DNA of 64,000 nt from an uncultured Actinomycetes bacterium (GCA_963841735.1 CAWJDT010000006.1:1-64000); one strand, 5' to 3'; shown: positions 29,125 to 37,595, numbered from the stretch's first letter. The notes: a model not told the origin generated them from the letters alone. Numbers and translations are program-made.

Positions 29125-29184
29125 CGCTAACGTTGAGTCGGTCAGCTGCCAGCTCTGCTGGTCTGCTGCACCGACTTGTTAGGC
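29125..29184 (-). mobile_element. attC site of cassette 1
   Basis: Minus strand GCCTAAC (contains higA stop)-AAGTC-GGTGCAGC ... GCTGACC-N8-GTTAGCG. Confidence 0.85.
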
Positions 29185-29496
29185 AACACGGAGTTGCTTG
29201 ATACGCCGAATGTCGTCCTTGAGAACAACCTGAGCGTCCCACAGATCGACCGCGCGCTGCAGATTCAGCCAGAACTCCGGCGAGTTGCCGAAGAGGCCCG
29301 ACAGACGAAGCGCCATCTCGGGAGACAAAGCGCGCCGCTCGCGCAGAAGCTCGTTCACGGTCTGGCGCGAGACGCCCAGCGACTCAGCAAGACCACTGAC
29401 CGTAAGCCCATAGTCGGGCAGGAAGTCCTCACGCAGGATCTCGCCCGGATGGGTGGGCCGACGCTTCAGCGGTATGTCATTCGGGATACTCATCAC
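29179..29496 (-). CDS. higA: HigA antitoxin (cassette 1)
   Basis: PTHPGEILREDFL, SPEMALRL, FWLNLQ. Confidence 0.92.
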   Translation of the reverse strand: MMSIPNDIPLKRRPTHPGEILREDFLPDYGLTVSGLAESLGVSRQTVNELLRERRALSPEMALRLSGLFGNSPEFWLNLQRAVDLWDAQVVLKDDIRRIKQLRVA

Positions 29497-29505
29497 TTCT
29501 CACCT

Positions 29506-29787
29506 CTAGTGGTAGTCACAGAACTCGACCTCATAGGCATCGCCGTCTTCGAACCGGAAGCAGATGCGCCACTGGTCATTTACCGAGATAGAGTGCTGTC
29601 CGCGACGGTCGCCTTCGAGCGGATGCAGCCGATTACCGGGCGGGACCTTCAGGTCATCGAGCTGAGCGGCGGCGTTGACCTGCTCCAGCTTGCGCACGGC
29701 TCGTGAGGCCACGTCGGGCGGCACACGTCGCGCTTTGCCGGTCAGGTACAACTCCTGCGTCTGCGCATCGGCGAACGTCTTGATCAT
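29506..29787 (-). CDS. higB: HigB toxin (cassette 1)
   Basis: MIKTF, PPGNRLHPLEGDRRGQHSISVNDQWRICFRF..DYH; promoter TTGACG-17-TACGCT at 29823-29795. Confidence 0.92.
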   Translation of the reverse strand: MIKTFADAQTQELYLTGKARRVPPDVASRAVRKLEQVNAAAQLDDLKVPPGNRLHPLEGDRRGQHSISVNDQWRICFRFEDGDAYEVEFCDYH

Positions 29788-29847
29788 GGCGGATAGCGTA
29801 ACGCGTCACGTGACACACGTCAAGCCCAGAACGAACTCCGGTTGTTT

Positions 29848-29913
29848 GCCTAACAATACTTATCTGGTCTGTGTAACTCCACCGACACGACATCGGAGTG
29901 TCGGCATAACTCC
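29848..29913 (-). mobile_element. Candidate attI site
   Basis: Minus-strand GTTAGGC core at 29854-29848 with no upstream attC stem; preceded by repeated GGAGTTA (GTTACAC, GTTATGC) boxes. Confidence 0.6.
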
Positions 29914-30018
29914 GCGTCCGTCGCGGCCGGGGAGGTCGGGGAAAGGCTCGTAGAGCGGAAAGCGCGCGTCCCCCCCGGCGACTGTGGCGGTGTTATACAG
30001 ACTTCCATGAGAAGCCGG

Positions 30019-30371
30019 CCGGTGTCAAGAGCGATTCTTGGGTTGCTTCTTCCTCCTCTGCTCGGTTTCTATCATCCCTCTTCCGCCGCGAAGAGCCAAG
30101 ACCACGGCCACGCTTCCATTCGCACTTTTTGTCGGGAACCTATGGCGGGACCCGGTGCACGTTGGGGTCCGGCCGGGGGGAAGCGCTGCTATCTGTATAG
30201 CGGCCTTGGGGACGGCACCGGGTTGGTGTCGTTCTGTACGGCCGAGTCTGTGTGCGCAGTCGCTTTCACCCTGGGCGGTTGGTCTTTTTGCTGGTCTCCT
30301 GCGATGGGTTCACCCGCCGGTCTTCCTTGGTTATCGATCCTTCCCGTCGGCATCTCTCATCTTCACCGCTC
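30019..30371 (-). ncRNA. Putative bridge/seek RNA region of the IS1111-type element
   Basis: Non-coding region 3' of the transposase carrying TATACAGA (target match) and ATGGAAG (donor match) among hairpins. Confidence 0.55.
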
Positions 30372-31454
30372 CTAGGTGGTGGGCGCAGTCTCGCCGCGGA
30401 GCCGGACGTTGCGCAGTGGCTCGTAGACCTCACCGGTCCTCCAGAGGTGCAGGAGGAGCACCGAGAGCTTGCGGGCCACCGCCACTACCGCTCGCTTCTT
30501 GCCCCGCTTGCCGCCCTGCGCGGCCAAGGCAAGACCCCAACGCCTGAGATCCGAGTCCGGGCCGAAGGGCCCGAGGATGTAGTGGGCGGCGCTCACGAGG
30601 AGCCAGCGCAGGTGCTCGTCCCCGGCTTTGGTGATGCGCAGCTGAGGCTCCAGGGAACCGGAGCTTGCCTGCCGGGGCCTGAGGCCGAGATACGAGCCCA
30701 CCGAGCGGCACTTGGGGAAGCGCTCGGGATCTTCCACGGTAAGGACATAGACTGTGGCCGTAAGCGTGCCCACGCCGGGCACCTGGGAGAGAAGCGCGGT
30801 CTCTGGGTAGCGCTCCTTGGCCATGTCTTCGATCTTCTGATCGAGAGCGCGGATCTCATCGGAGATGTTCTGGATGACGGTGAGGACCGGAGCCAGGGCG
30901 GGAGCAAGCTCCTCGGGGACACACGGCCCGGCCTTTTGGGCAAAGACGTCGCTCGCGCAGGTGGGCAGGCGGCTGCCCAAGGACTTCGTGCAGCCGCGGG
31001 CATGACTGATCAGACGGGTGCGAGCCCTGACCAGGGCATTGCGACTGCGCACAAGCGCGAGGTCGGACTGGGTCTCGGCTCTCCGATGGGTGAGGGGGGC
31101 CAGCAGCTCCGGGTCCAGACGACCGACCCGGGCCAGGTACTCGGCGTCCACCCGGTCTGACTTCGAGTCGTTCTGGTAGATGAAGCGGAGCTTGCGGGGA
31201 TTGGCCACGACAACGTCGTGTCCAAGTTCGGAAAGCAGACGGCTAACCCAGGGGGAGTGGGTGCCGGCCTCGATCACGATGCGTAGCGGATCCGCCCCGG
31301 AGAAGCGGCGACGCAAGGCTTCCGGCTTGGTCGTCACCCGGCCCTCCTCGGTCACCTCGCCCGCTTCGTCGAGCACACAGATCTGACAACAACGGTCGCT
31401 CAGATCGAGACCCACGGTCACCTTCGCTTGCTCGGTGGTGCTAGCATCGCACAT
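30372..31454 (-). CDS. IS110-family DEDD transposase/recombinase
   Basis: VGLDLS, IEAG, KSDRVDA, VPGVG, YLGLRP..SSG, RITKAG, AVARKL. Confidence 0.95.
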   Translation of the reverse strand: MCDASTTEQAKVTVGLDLSDRCCQICVLDEAGEVTEEGRVTTKPEALRRRFSGADPLRIVIEAGTHSPWVSRLLSELGHDVVVANPRKLRFIYQNDSKSDRVDAEYLARVGRLDPELLAPLTHRRAETQSDLALVRSRNALVRARTRLISHARGCTKSLGSRLPTCASDVFAQKAGPCVPEELAPALAPVLTVIQNISDEIRALDQKIEDMAKERYPETALLSQVPGVGTLTATVYVLTVEDPERFPKCRSVGSYLGLRPRQASSGSLEPQLRITKAGDEHLRWLLVSAAHYILGPFGPDSDLRRWGLALAAQGGKRGKKRAVVAVARKLSVLLLHLWRTGEVYEPLRNVRLRGETAPTT

Positions 31455-31555
31455 GGCTGGCCTCCTTCATTTGGGCCCACGAGCCCGACTCTGATTGGGG
31501 ACCTCACGGTACTCCGGGGGAGGTCGGCCTTCTCATCCCATCTGTATATGCAGCA

Positions 31556-32518
31556 CTACAAAGCGTCAAGCGGGCTGCGCACGCCTCGGCCGCCCCGGTT
31601 GAGCACATGGGTGTAGATCATGGTGGTGCGCACATCTTTGTGGCCCAGAAGTTCTTGGATGGTGCGGATGTCGTACCCGGCCTCAAGGAGATGGGTCGCG
31701 AACGAATGCCGGAACGTGTGGCAGCCGACGTGCTTGACCACGCCGGCCCGGCTCACCGCCTCCTTCACCGCCCTTTGCACGAGACTCTCATGGACATGGT
31801 GGCGTCCCTCTTCCCCGGTCTTCGAGTTCTTCCAGCGCGTAGCCTGAGGTAACACCCACTGCCACCGCCAGTCGGTGGGAGCGGAGGGGTACTTGCGGTC
31901 CAAGGCCTCAGGCAGCATCACCCGGCCCCAGCCATCGACCAGGTCGTGGTCACGGATTATCTTCGCCCGCTGGAGATGTCCCTCCAGAGGAGAAACGATG
32001 GTGGCCGGCAGCATGGTCACTCGGTCTCTGCCGCCCTTGCCGTCGTGCACTGTGATCTCTCTGCGGGAGAAGTCCAGGTCCTTGACGCGGAGACAAAGGC
32101 ACTCCATGAGACGCAGACCGGAGCCGTAGAGGATGGAGGCGATCAGCCACTTGTCGCCCGCGAGCTCGGCAAGGACGGCCTGGGCCTCCGCGCGGGTCAT
32201 CACCACCGGTACGATGACGGTACGCCGGGCCCTGACGATCCCTTCGAGATCTCCCGCACTCTTCTGAAGGACGTGTCGATACAGAAAGAGGAGCGCCGCC
32301 AAGGCCTGATTCTGCGTGGAGGCGCTCACGTTCTCACGTACCGCGAGGTGGGTGAGGAAGGCGTTGATCTCGTCTTCGCCCATCTCGGCCGGATGCCGTA
32401 TGTGATGGAAGTAGATGAAGCGCCTTACCCAGAGCAGGTACGCGCGCTCAGTGCACGGACTGTAGTGAGGGCTGCGGAGCGCGTCGTGCATCTGTTCGAG
32501 GAGTCGAGGCTTGTCCAT
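31556..32518 (-). CDS. intI: Integron integrase IntI
   Basis: HPAEMG..FLTHLA..VSASTQNQALAALLFLY; catalytic R-K-HxxR-H-Y intact; IntI-specific patch ALDRKYP..WRWQW..RHH. Confidence 0.95.
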   Translation of the reverse strand: MDKPRLLEQMHDALRSPHYSPCTERAYLLWVRRFIYFHHIRHPAEMGEDEINAFLTHLAVRENVSASTQNQALAALLFLYRHVLQKSAGDLEGIVRARRTVIVPVVMTRAEAQAVLAELAGDKWLIASILYGSGLRLMECLCLRVKDLDFSRREITVHDGKGGRDRVTMLPATIVSPLEGHLQRAKIIRDHDLVDGWGRVMLPEALDRKYPSAPTDWRWQWVLPQATRWKNSKTGEEGRHHVHESLVQRAVKEAVSRAGVVKHVGCHTFRHSFATHLLEAGYDIRTIQELLGHKDVRTTMIYTHVLNRGGRGVRSPLDAL

Positions 32519-32592
32519 CGGCCCCAGGATGACACCAGGCGCGTGGAGACAGACTAGGACTCTAGACCGATACTGGTCGCCGCATCATCTCG

Positions 32593-32707
32593 GAAGCGAC
32601 CCGAGCCACCTCAACTGAGTGAGGCTCGGAAGCGAAGCGACCCGAGCCACCTCGTGTGAGTGAGGCTCGGAAGCGAAGCGACCCGAGCCACCTCAACTGA
32701 GTGAGGC
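32593..32707. repeat. Tandem 41-bp palindromic (REP-like) repeat, ~2.8 copies
   Basis: GAAGCGACCCGAGCCACCTC-NNNN-GAGTGAGGCTCGGAAGC starting at 32593, 32634 and 32675. Confidence 0.85.
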
Positions 32708-32762
32708 CCCCAGGCCACCACATGACGATGAGGCCGGCAGGCCAAGCCCGAGCGGGGAGGTC

Positions 32763-32849
32763 CCCCAAGGGGTCGCATAGGTGTCCTGGAACGGTTCGCG
32801 GGACCTTCCGCGTTCAAAGTTGGAAGGGCACCTATGCGGCCCCTTGGGG
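32763..32849. terminator. Long hairpin directly after purH stop
   Basis: CCCCAAGGGGTCGCATAGGTGTCCT ... AGGGCACCTATGCGGCCCCTTGGGG. Confidence 0.55.
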
Positions 32850-32858
32850 CCACTGCGG

Positions 32859-34397
32859 TTAGTGCTTGAAGTGTCGGCGGCCCGTCACAACCATGGCAAG
32901 ACCCCGCTCCTCGGCCAGCGCCAGCGACTCGTCATCCCTCTTGGAACCCCCGGGATGGATCACGCAGGTCGCCCCCGCGTCGGCGCAAACCTGCAGCGCG
33001 TCTGGGAAGGGGAAGAAGGCATCTGAGGCCACGGCGGTTCCCATCAGCGGGAACCTCGACCGACTGACCGCCAGATTGGCCGAGTCCACCCGGCTCATCT
33101 GCCCGGCGCCCACGCCCACGGTCATCAGCTCTTTGGTCAAGATGATGGCGTTCGACTTGGTGTGTTTTGCCACCCGCCAGCCGAACAGCAGATCGCCCCA
33201 CTCGGCTTCGGTAGGATGACGCGTGCTCACCACCTGCATGTTCTCGCGCTGGTCGACCTCGCAGTCCCAATCCTGCACCAACATGCCGCCCATGACCCGC
33301 TTCATGTCAAAGGTTCCGCAGGTGTCGCGGTTGAGCTGGCCGGTGAGAAGGCGGATGTCCTTCTTCCGAGTCAGGATCTCAAGAGCGTCGTCCGCGTATG
33401 CGGGAGCCCACAGCACTTCCACGAAGATGGCCGACAGCCCCAGGGCAAGTGCTTCGTCCACTGTCCGGTTGACCACGATCACTCCGCCGAACGCCGAGAC
33501 CGGGTCGCACGAGAAAGCCTTGTCGTATGCAGCGGCCACCGTCTCGGCCACCGCCACCCCGCAGGGATTGTTGTGCTTGACGATGACACAGGCCGGCAGG
33601 GCGAACTCGTCCAGTACCCGCCGGGCCGAATCCAAATCGAGCAGGTTGTTGAACGAGAGCTTCTGCCCGTGGAGCTGCTCCAGCGACGCCGGCAGGGAGC
33701 CACCCGCGCCCACCTCGGAGTACCACGAGGCACGCTGGTGCGGGTTCTCGCCGTAACGCAGATCGTCGAGCTTGACCAGATCGATCATAAAATGCTCTGG
33801 AAAATCCGCTTCCTGTTCCCCAAACCAGTTGGCGATGGCCGAGTCGTAGTGAGCGGTGTGATGGAAGGCCTTGGCGGCCAGATGGCGGCGCGTCTCGCGC
33901 AACAGCTCGCCCTTGTTCTCCTTGAGCTCCGCCAACACGGTGTCGTAGTCGCCCGGGTCGGTGACAATGCCCACCGCCGAGAAGTTCTTTGCGGCCGAGC
34001 GCACCATGCTGGGACCGCCGATATCGATGTTTTCCACGGCGTCGGCCTCGGTCACGCCGCGTTCAGCCACCGTCGCCTCAAAGGGATAAAGATTCACCAC
34101 CACCAGATCGATGGGCGCGATGCCCAGATCGGCGATGGCCTTCATGTGAGAGGCACGCTGCCTGTCGGCCAGAATGCCCCCGTGGATAGCGGGGTGCAGC
34201 GTCTTGACCCGTCCGTCCATGATCTCGGGAAACCCGGTCACCTCGGAGATGCCGGTAACCGGCAGTCCCTCTTCCTTCAGGTAGCGGGCCGTCCCTCCGG
34301 TGGAGATGACCTCCACGCCCAACTCCACTAAGCCCCGCACAAACGGGGCGAGATCCTTCTTGTCCGACACCGACACCAGTGCCCGTTTGACCTTCAC
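32859..34397 (-). CDS. purH: Bifunctional AICAR transformylase/IMP cyclohydrolase
   Basis: RALVSVSDK, GRVKTLHP, IDIGGP, LRYGENPHQ, ASDAFFPF, RHFKH. Confidence 0.97.
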   Translation of the reverse strand: MKVKRALVSVSDKKDLAPFVRGLVELGVEVISTGGTARYLKEEGLPVTGISEVTGFPEIMDGRVKTLHPAIHGGILADRQRASHMKAIADLGIAPIDLVVVNLYPFEATVAERGVTEADAVENIDIGGPSMVRSAAKNFSAVGIVTDPGDYDTVLAELKENKGELLRETRRHLAAKAFHHTAHYDSAIANWFGEQEADFPEHFMIDLVKLDDLRYGENPHQRASWYSEVGAGGSLPASLEQLHGQKLSFNNLLDLDSARRVLDEFALPACVIVKHNNPCGVAVAETVAAAYDKAFSCDPVSAFGGVIVVNRTVDEALALGLSAIFVEVLWAPAYADDALEILTRKKDIRLLTGQLNRDTCGTFDMKRVMGGMLVQDWDCEVDQRENMQVVSTRHPTEAEWGDLLFGWRVAKHTKSNAIILTKELMTVGVGAGQMSRVDSANLAVSRSRFPLMGTAVASDAFFPFPDALQVCADAGATCVIHPGGSKRDDESLALAEERGLAMVVTGRRHFKH

Positions 34398-34407
34398 TAT
34401 ATCCTCC

Positions 34408-35196
34408 TCAGTCCTTTTTATTATCCCAGTCTACCTGCACCTGCCGGGTTCCCGAATGAGGGGTTTGCACCCTCCCCTCCGCGATCATGCGGATGGTGGC
34501 CGGCAACAACTCATGCTCCACGGCATGTATTCGAGCCGCTAGGCTCTCGACCGTGTCGCCCTCTTTCACCCGTACCGCCTCCTGGGCGATGACCTCCCCG
34601 GTATCCAAGCCCTCGTCGACGAAATGCACCGTCACTCCGGTGACCTTCACCCCGTAGCGCACCGCGTCGCCGATGGACGTGGTGCCCGGGAACGCAGGCA
34701 GCAACGCCGGGTGAAGGTTGATCACCCGCCAAGGGAAGGCCCGCACGAACTCAGAAGCCACAAGACGCATGTAACCGGCCAGCACCACCAGATCGGGCCG
34801 GGCTTCAGCGACGGCGGCGATAAGGGCCCTGTCGTGCTCAGCCCGCGTGGCAAAGTCACCGGCCGGAAGTACGGCCGTGGCTATGCCTGCCGCCCGCGCC
34901 CGCCCCAGCGCTCCGGCGCCGGGCTGATCGCTCACCACAAGGGCCACCTCAATAAGAGGGCTCCCGACTGAGGGCGCCGTGGCCGCGGTCACTGCCGGCG
35001 CGCCGCCAGGCTCGGCTCGGCCCGCGCCAGGCTCCGCGATAGGCTGTGGGTGCAGGCTATCGATGATCGCCTGCAGGTTGGTGCCGCTCCCTGAAGCCAG
35101 CACCACCAGCCGAAAAGCCGGGGAGCCGCTCCCGGCTTCCGCGCCCACCGCGGCGCCGCAGGCGCCGCCGGGCCCCGAGGGCCCCTCGTGACTCAC
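34408..35196 (-). CDS. purN: Phosphoribosylglycinamide formyltransferase
   Basis: ASGSGTNLQA, LAGYMR, NLHPALLP, GVTVHFVD. Confidence 0.95.
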   Translation of the reverse strand: MSHEGPSGPGGACGAAVGAEAGSGSPAFRLVVLASGSGTNLQAIIDSLHPQPIAEPGAGRAEPGGAPAVTAATAPSVGSPLIEVALVVSDQPGAGALGRARAAGIATAVLPAGDFATRAEHDRALIAAVAEARPDLVVLAGYMRLVASEFVRAFPWRVINLHPALLPAFPGTTSIGDAVRYGVKVTGVTVHFVDEGLDTGEVIAQEAVRVKEGDTVESLAARIHAVEHELLPATIRMIAEGRVQTPHSGTRQVQVDWDNKKD

Positions 35197-36242
35197 TCCA
35201 GCCCCTCCAAGACCACCCGCTCAGAGCCGGCCGCTATCTCGCCCAAACGGAACACCCGCTCACCGACGGCGGCCAACAGCTCCGTCGCCTGCGCCTCGGC
35301 CTCTGGGGGCACCACCAACGCAAAGCCCACCCCCATGTTGAAGGTCCGGAACATCTCACTTTGGGCGACGCCGCCCAACTCCTGAAGAGCCCGGAAGACC
35401 GGCGGCACCGTCCAGGCGTCGACGCTCAACCTGGCCGACAGTCCCTCGGGGATCACACGGCCCAGGTTGCCGGCTATGCCTCCGCCGGTGATGTGGGCCA
35501 TGCCCCGCACGGGCACTCCCTGTTCCAGCAGCCCGAGCACGCTCCTCACGTAGATGCGGGTGGGCTTCAATAACGTATCGGACACGCTCTCCTCAAAGCC
35601 CCGAAGACACTGGTCGAGCCTCAGTCCGCCCGCCTCAAGGATCTTGCGTACCAGCGTGAACCCGTTGGAATGCACGCCGTCGGAGCCAAGGCCAATAACG
35701 ATGTCGCCCGCCAGGACGCCCGAGCCGTCGAGCAGCCTGTCACGCTCCCCCACGCCCACGCAGAAGCCGGCCAGATCGAACTCGCCGGGAGCGTAGAGCC
35801 CGGACATCTCTGCCATCTCGCCGCCGACAAGGGCGCATCCCGCCCGGCAACAACCCTCGGCCACACCGGAGACCAGCTGGGCCATATCCGCGGGCACCAG
35901 TTTGCCCACAGCTACATAGTCGAGAAACAGGAGGGGACGAGCTCCCACCGTGAGAACATCGTTCACCGACATAGCCACCAGGTCGATGCCCACGGTGTCC
36001 AGACGGCCCGTCTCCATGGCCAGCAGGATCTTGGTACCCACTCCGTCGGTGCCGGTGACCAACACGGGGTTCTCCATGCCCTTGGGGAGTGCGAAGAGAC
36101 CGGCGAAACCACCCAACGAGCCCATCACACCAGGGATGTAGGTCCTTTCGACGTCCTTCTTGATCAACCTTACAGCTTCATCGCCGGCGTCGATGTCCAC
36201 CCCGGCCGAGCGGTAGGTCAGATCGCCGTCAGTATCTCCCAT
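35193..36242 (-). CDS. purM: AIR synthase
   Basis: YRSAGVDI, TDGVGTK, GVHSNG, HITGGG, TFNMG. Confidence 0.97.
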   Translation of the reverse strand: MGDTDGDLTYRSAGVDIDAGDEAVRLIKKDVERTYIPGVMGSLGGFAGLFALPKGMENPVLVTGTDGVGTKILLAMETGRLDTVGIDLVAMSVNDVLTVGARPLLFLDYVAVGKLVPADMAQLVSGVAEGCCRAGCALVGGEMAEMSGLYAPGEFDLAGFCVGVGERDRLLDGSGVLAGDIVIGLGSDGVHSNGFTLVRKILEAGGLRLDQCLRGFEESVSDTLLKPTRIYVRSVLGLLEQGVPVRGMAHITGGGIAGNLGRVIPEGLSARLSVDAWTVPPVFRALQELGGVAQSEMFRTFNMGVGFALVVPPEAEAQATELLAAVGERVFRLGEIAAGSERVVLEGLE

Positions 36243-36606
36243 CGATGGGTCCCCCTGTGGTCACAGTGCTGTCAAAGGTAGTGTCGGTGAACCTCTGGAT
36301 GAAGATCGGGACACCAACTATGGTGGTGGGAGTAGAAGTGACCGTCGAGATGGTCACAGGAGCGGCCGGCAAAGTAGTGGTAGAAGCGGCAGCGGCCTCC
36401 GAGCCTTGTCCGTCATCGTCGCCGAACAACCCCCCCAGTTTGGGCAGTTGCACCGGCGTCAAGATCACGATTACGCAGACCACCGCCGCCAGACAGGCCC
36501 CGGCGATAGCCAGGAGCTTGCGGCTGTGCTCGATGGCTCCCAACAAGAGCGACAAGAACAAGCCGCTCAAGAGAAGGAACAGGACTATGCTGACAGAGCT
36601 TCTCAT
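36229..36606 (-). CDS. Hypothetical membrane protein (2 TM + Thr-rich tail)
   Basis: Two hydrophobic helices; overlaps purM start. Confidence 0.6.
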   Translation of the reverse strand: MRSSVSIVLFLLLSGLFLSLLLGAIEHSRKLLAIAGACLAAVVCVIVILTPVQLPKLGGLFGDDDGQGSEAAAASTTTLPAAPVTISTVTSTPTTIVGVPIFIQRFTDTTFDSTVTTGGPIDGRY

Positions 36607-36864
36607 TCCTTCAGGGTATCAAAACCGCAGAAGCCTGTCCCCAAAAAGCTCCGGCCTCCAGAGGGTCAACGCGGACGTAAGTATGATGGACGTTCTTCAA
36701 GCCCAGCGGAGCCTGACCGCAACCGGAGAGATCCACTGCGGCCTGATGACTAGGGTTTCGGCGCCGGTTCGAAAGACGGACTCCGTGACTTCTGAGTCGT
36801 CATGCGAACTTTAGACGACGCCGCCGAGGGCATACCGTCCGGGTTAGTAGGCGATATTGACGCT

Positions 36865-37029
36865 CTAGCCCTGGGACAAGGGCGAGCTACCCGCTGTAGC
36901 CTTCTGCTCCAAGCGACTCGCACGGCGGTGATCTGCTTTCACGTCTGCCCTTGTGAGCGCGATGATTATGAATGCCCATACTATCAATGCTGCGACAGCG
37001 ATGGCTGCCTGGACCAGAGGACTTAACAT
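36865..37029 (-). CDS. Small single-TM hypothetical protein (54 aa, not in ORF track)
   Basis: MLSPLVQAAIAVAALIVWAFIIIALTR...; AGGGAG RBS and TTGACA upstream. Confidence 0.5.
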   Translation of the reverse strand: MLSPLVQAAIAVAALIVWAFIIIALTRADVKADHRRASRLEQKATAGSSPLSQG

Positions 37030-37343
37030 GTCTTGTACCGTCTCCCTTTGCCGTCAATCATTGCTTCCTTGGGAGCGTATCCACACAATCTGTGTAATAC
37101 GCGCGTATGACCACAATGGCCCATACAGCGCCTGTTTGTCAAGGTATTCGTTGTTTTGCGTATTACCACACTGCGACCGACCCGTCCCATCTCGGTTCGG
37201 ATTCCCCCGAACAAACGGCGTCCAGCGAACGAGGCTTCAGCCTGCGGGGGAAGGAAGCTGGCGGGGCTACGGCACCACATTCGCGTCTGATAGACTCATT
37301 AGGCAAGTTTGCTGTTTACAACACCTCGGTTCGAAGGAAAGCC

Positions 37344-37595
37344 ATGGCAATGGGCCCACGTGAGATCCAACGCCTCTCGATAAGTCTTCCGCGGGAAGAT
37401 GTTGAGACACTTCGCGAGCTTGCGGCCCTAACCGGACGCCCGATTTCGCATATTGTTGGGCAATTCTGCAAGCCGGAACTCGACGTCGCACGCCATATCC
37501 TTTCACTGGGGCGAGCGCACGATCCCCTCCTGTGGGACACAGTGGGGCGACTGATGGCAGAGCCCAAAATCGGGGACCCCCCGACACCGGAATAG
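37344..37595 (+). CDS. Small ribbon-helix-helix (CopG-like) DNA-binding protein
   Basis: QRLSISLPREDVETLRELAALTGRPISHIV; AAGGA RBS. Confidence 0.6.
   Translation: MAMGPREIQRLSISLPREDVETLRELAALTGRPISHIVGQFCKPELDVARHILSLGRAHDPLLWDTVGRLMAEPKIGDPPTPE

Larger units (their letters stand above)
30004..31543 (-). mobile_element. IS110-family element, IS1111 subgroup (1540 bp)
   Basis: Sub-terminal IRs ATGAGAAGGCCG / CCGGCTTCTCAT, 7 nt and 3 nt from the inferred ends; no target duplication; long 3' non-coding region. Confidence 0.8.

Noticed and set aside
29994-31552. LexA box or dif site at the CTGTATA/TATACAG sequences
   Set aside because: Orientation and spacing do not fit CTGT-N8-ACAG or XerC/D arms, and the site is downstream rather than upstream of intI
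32440-32518. IntI inactivation suggested by the divergent N-terminal LRSPHYSPCTE
   Set aside because: The reading frame and all catalytic residues are intact; substitutions alone do not justify a pseudogene call
32593-32707. CRISPR mini-array
   Set aside because: No unique spacers (only a 4-nt loop varies) and no cas genes in the window
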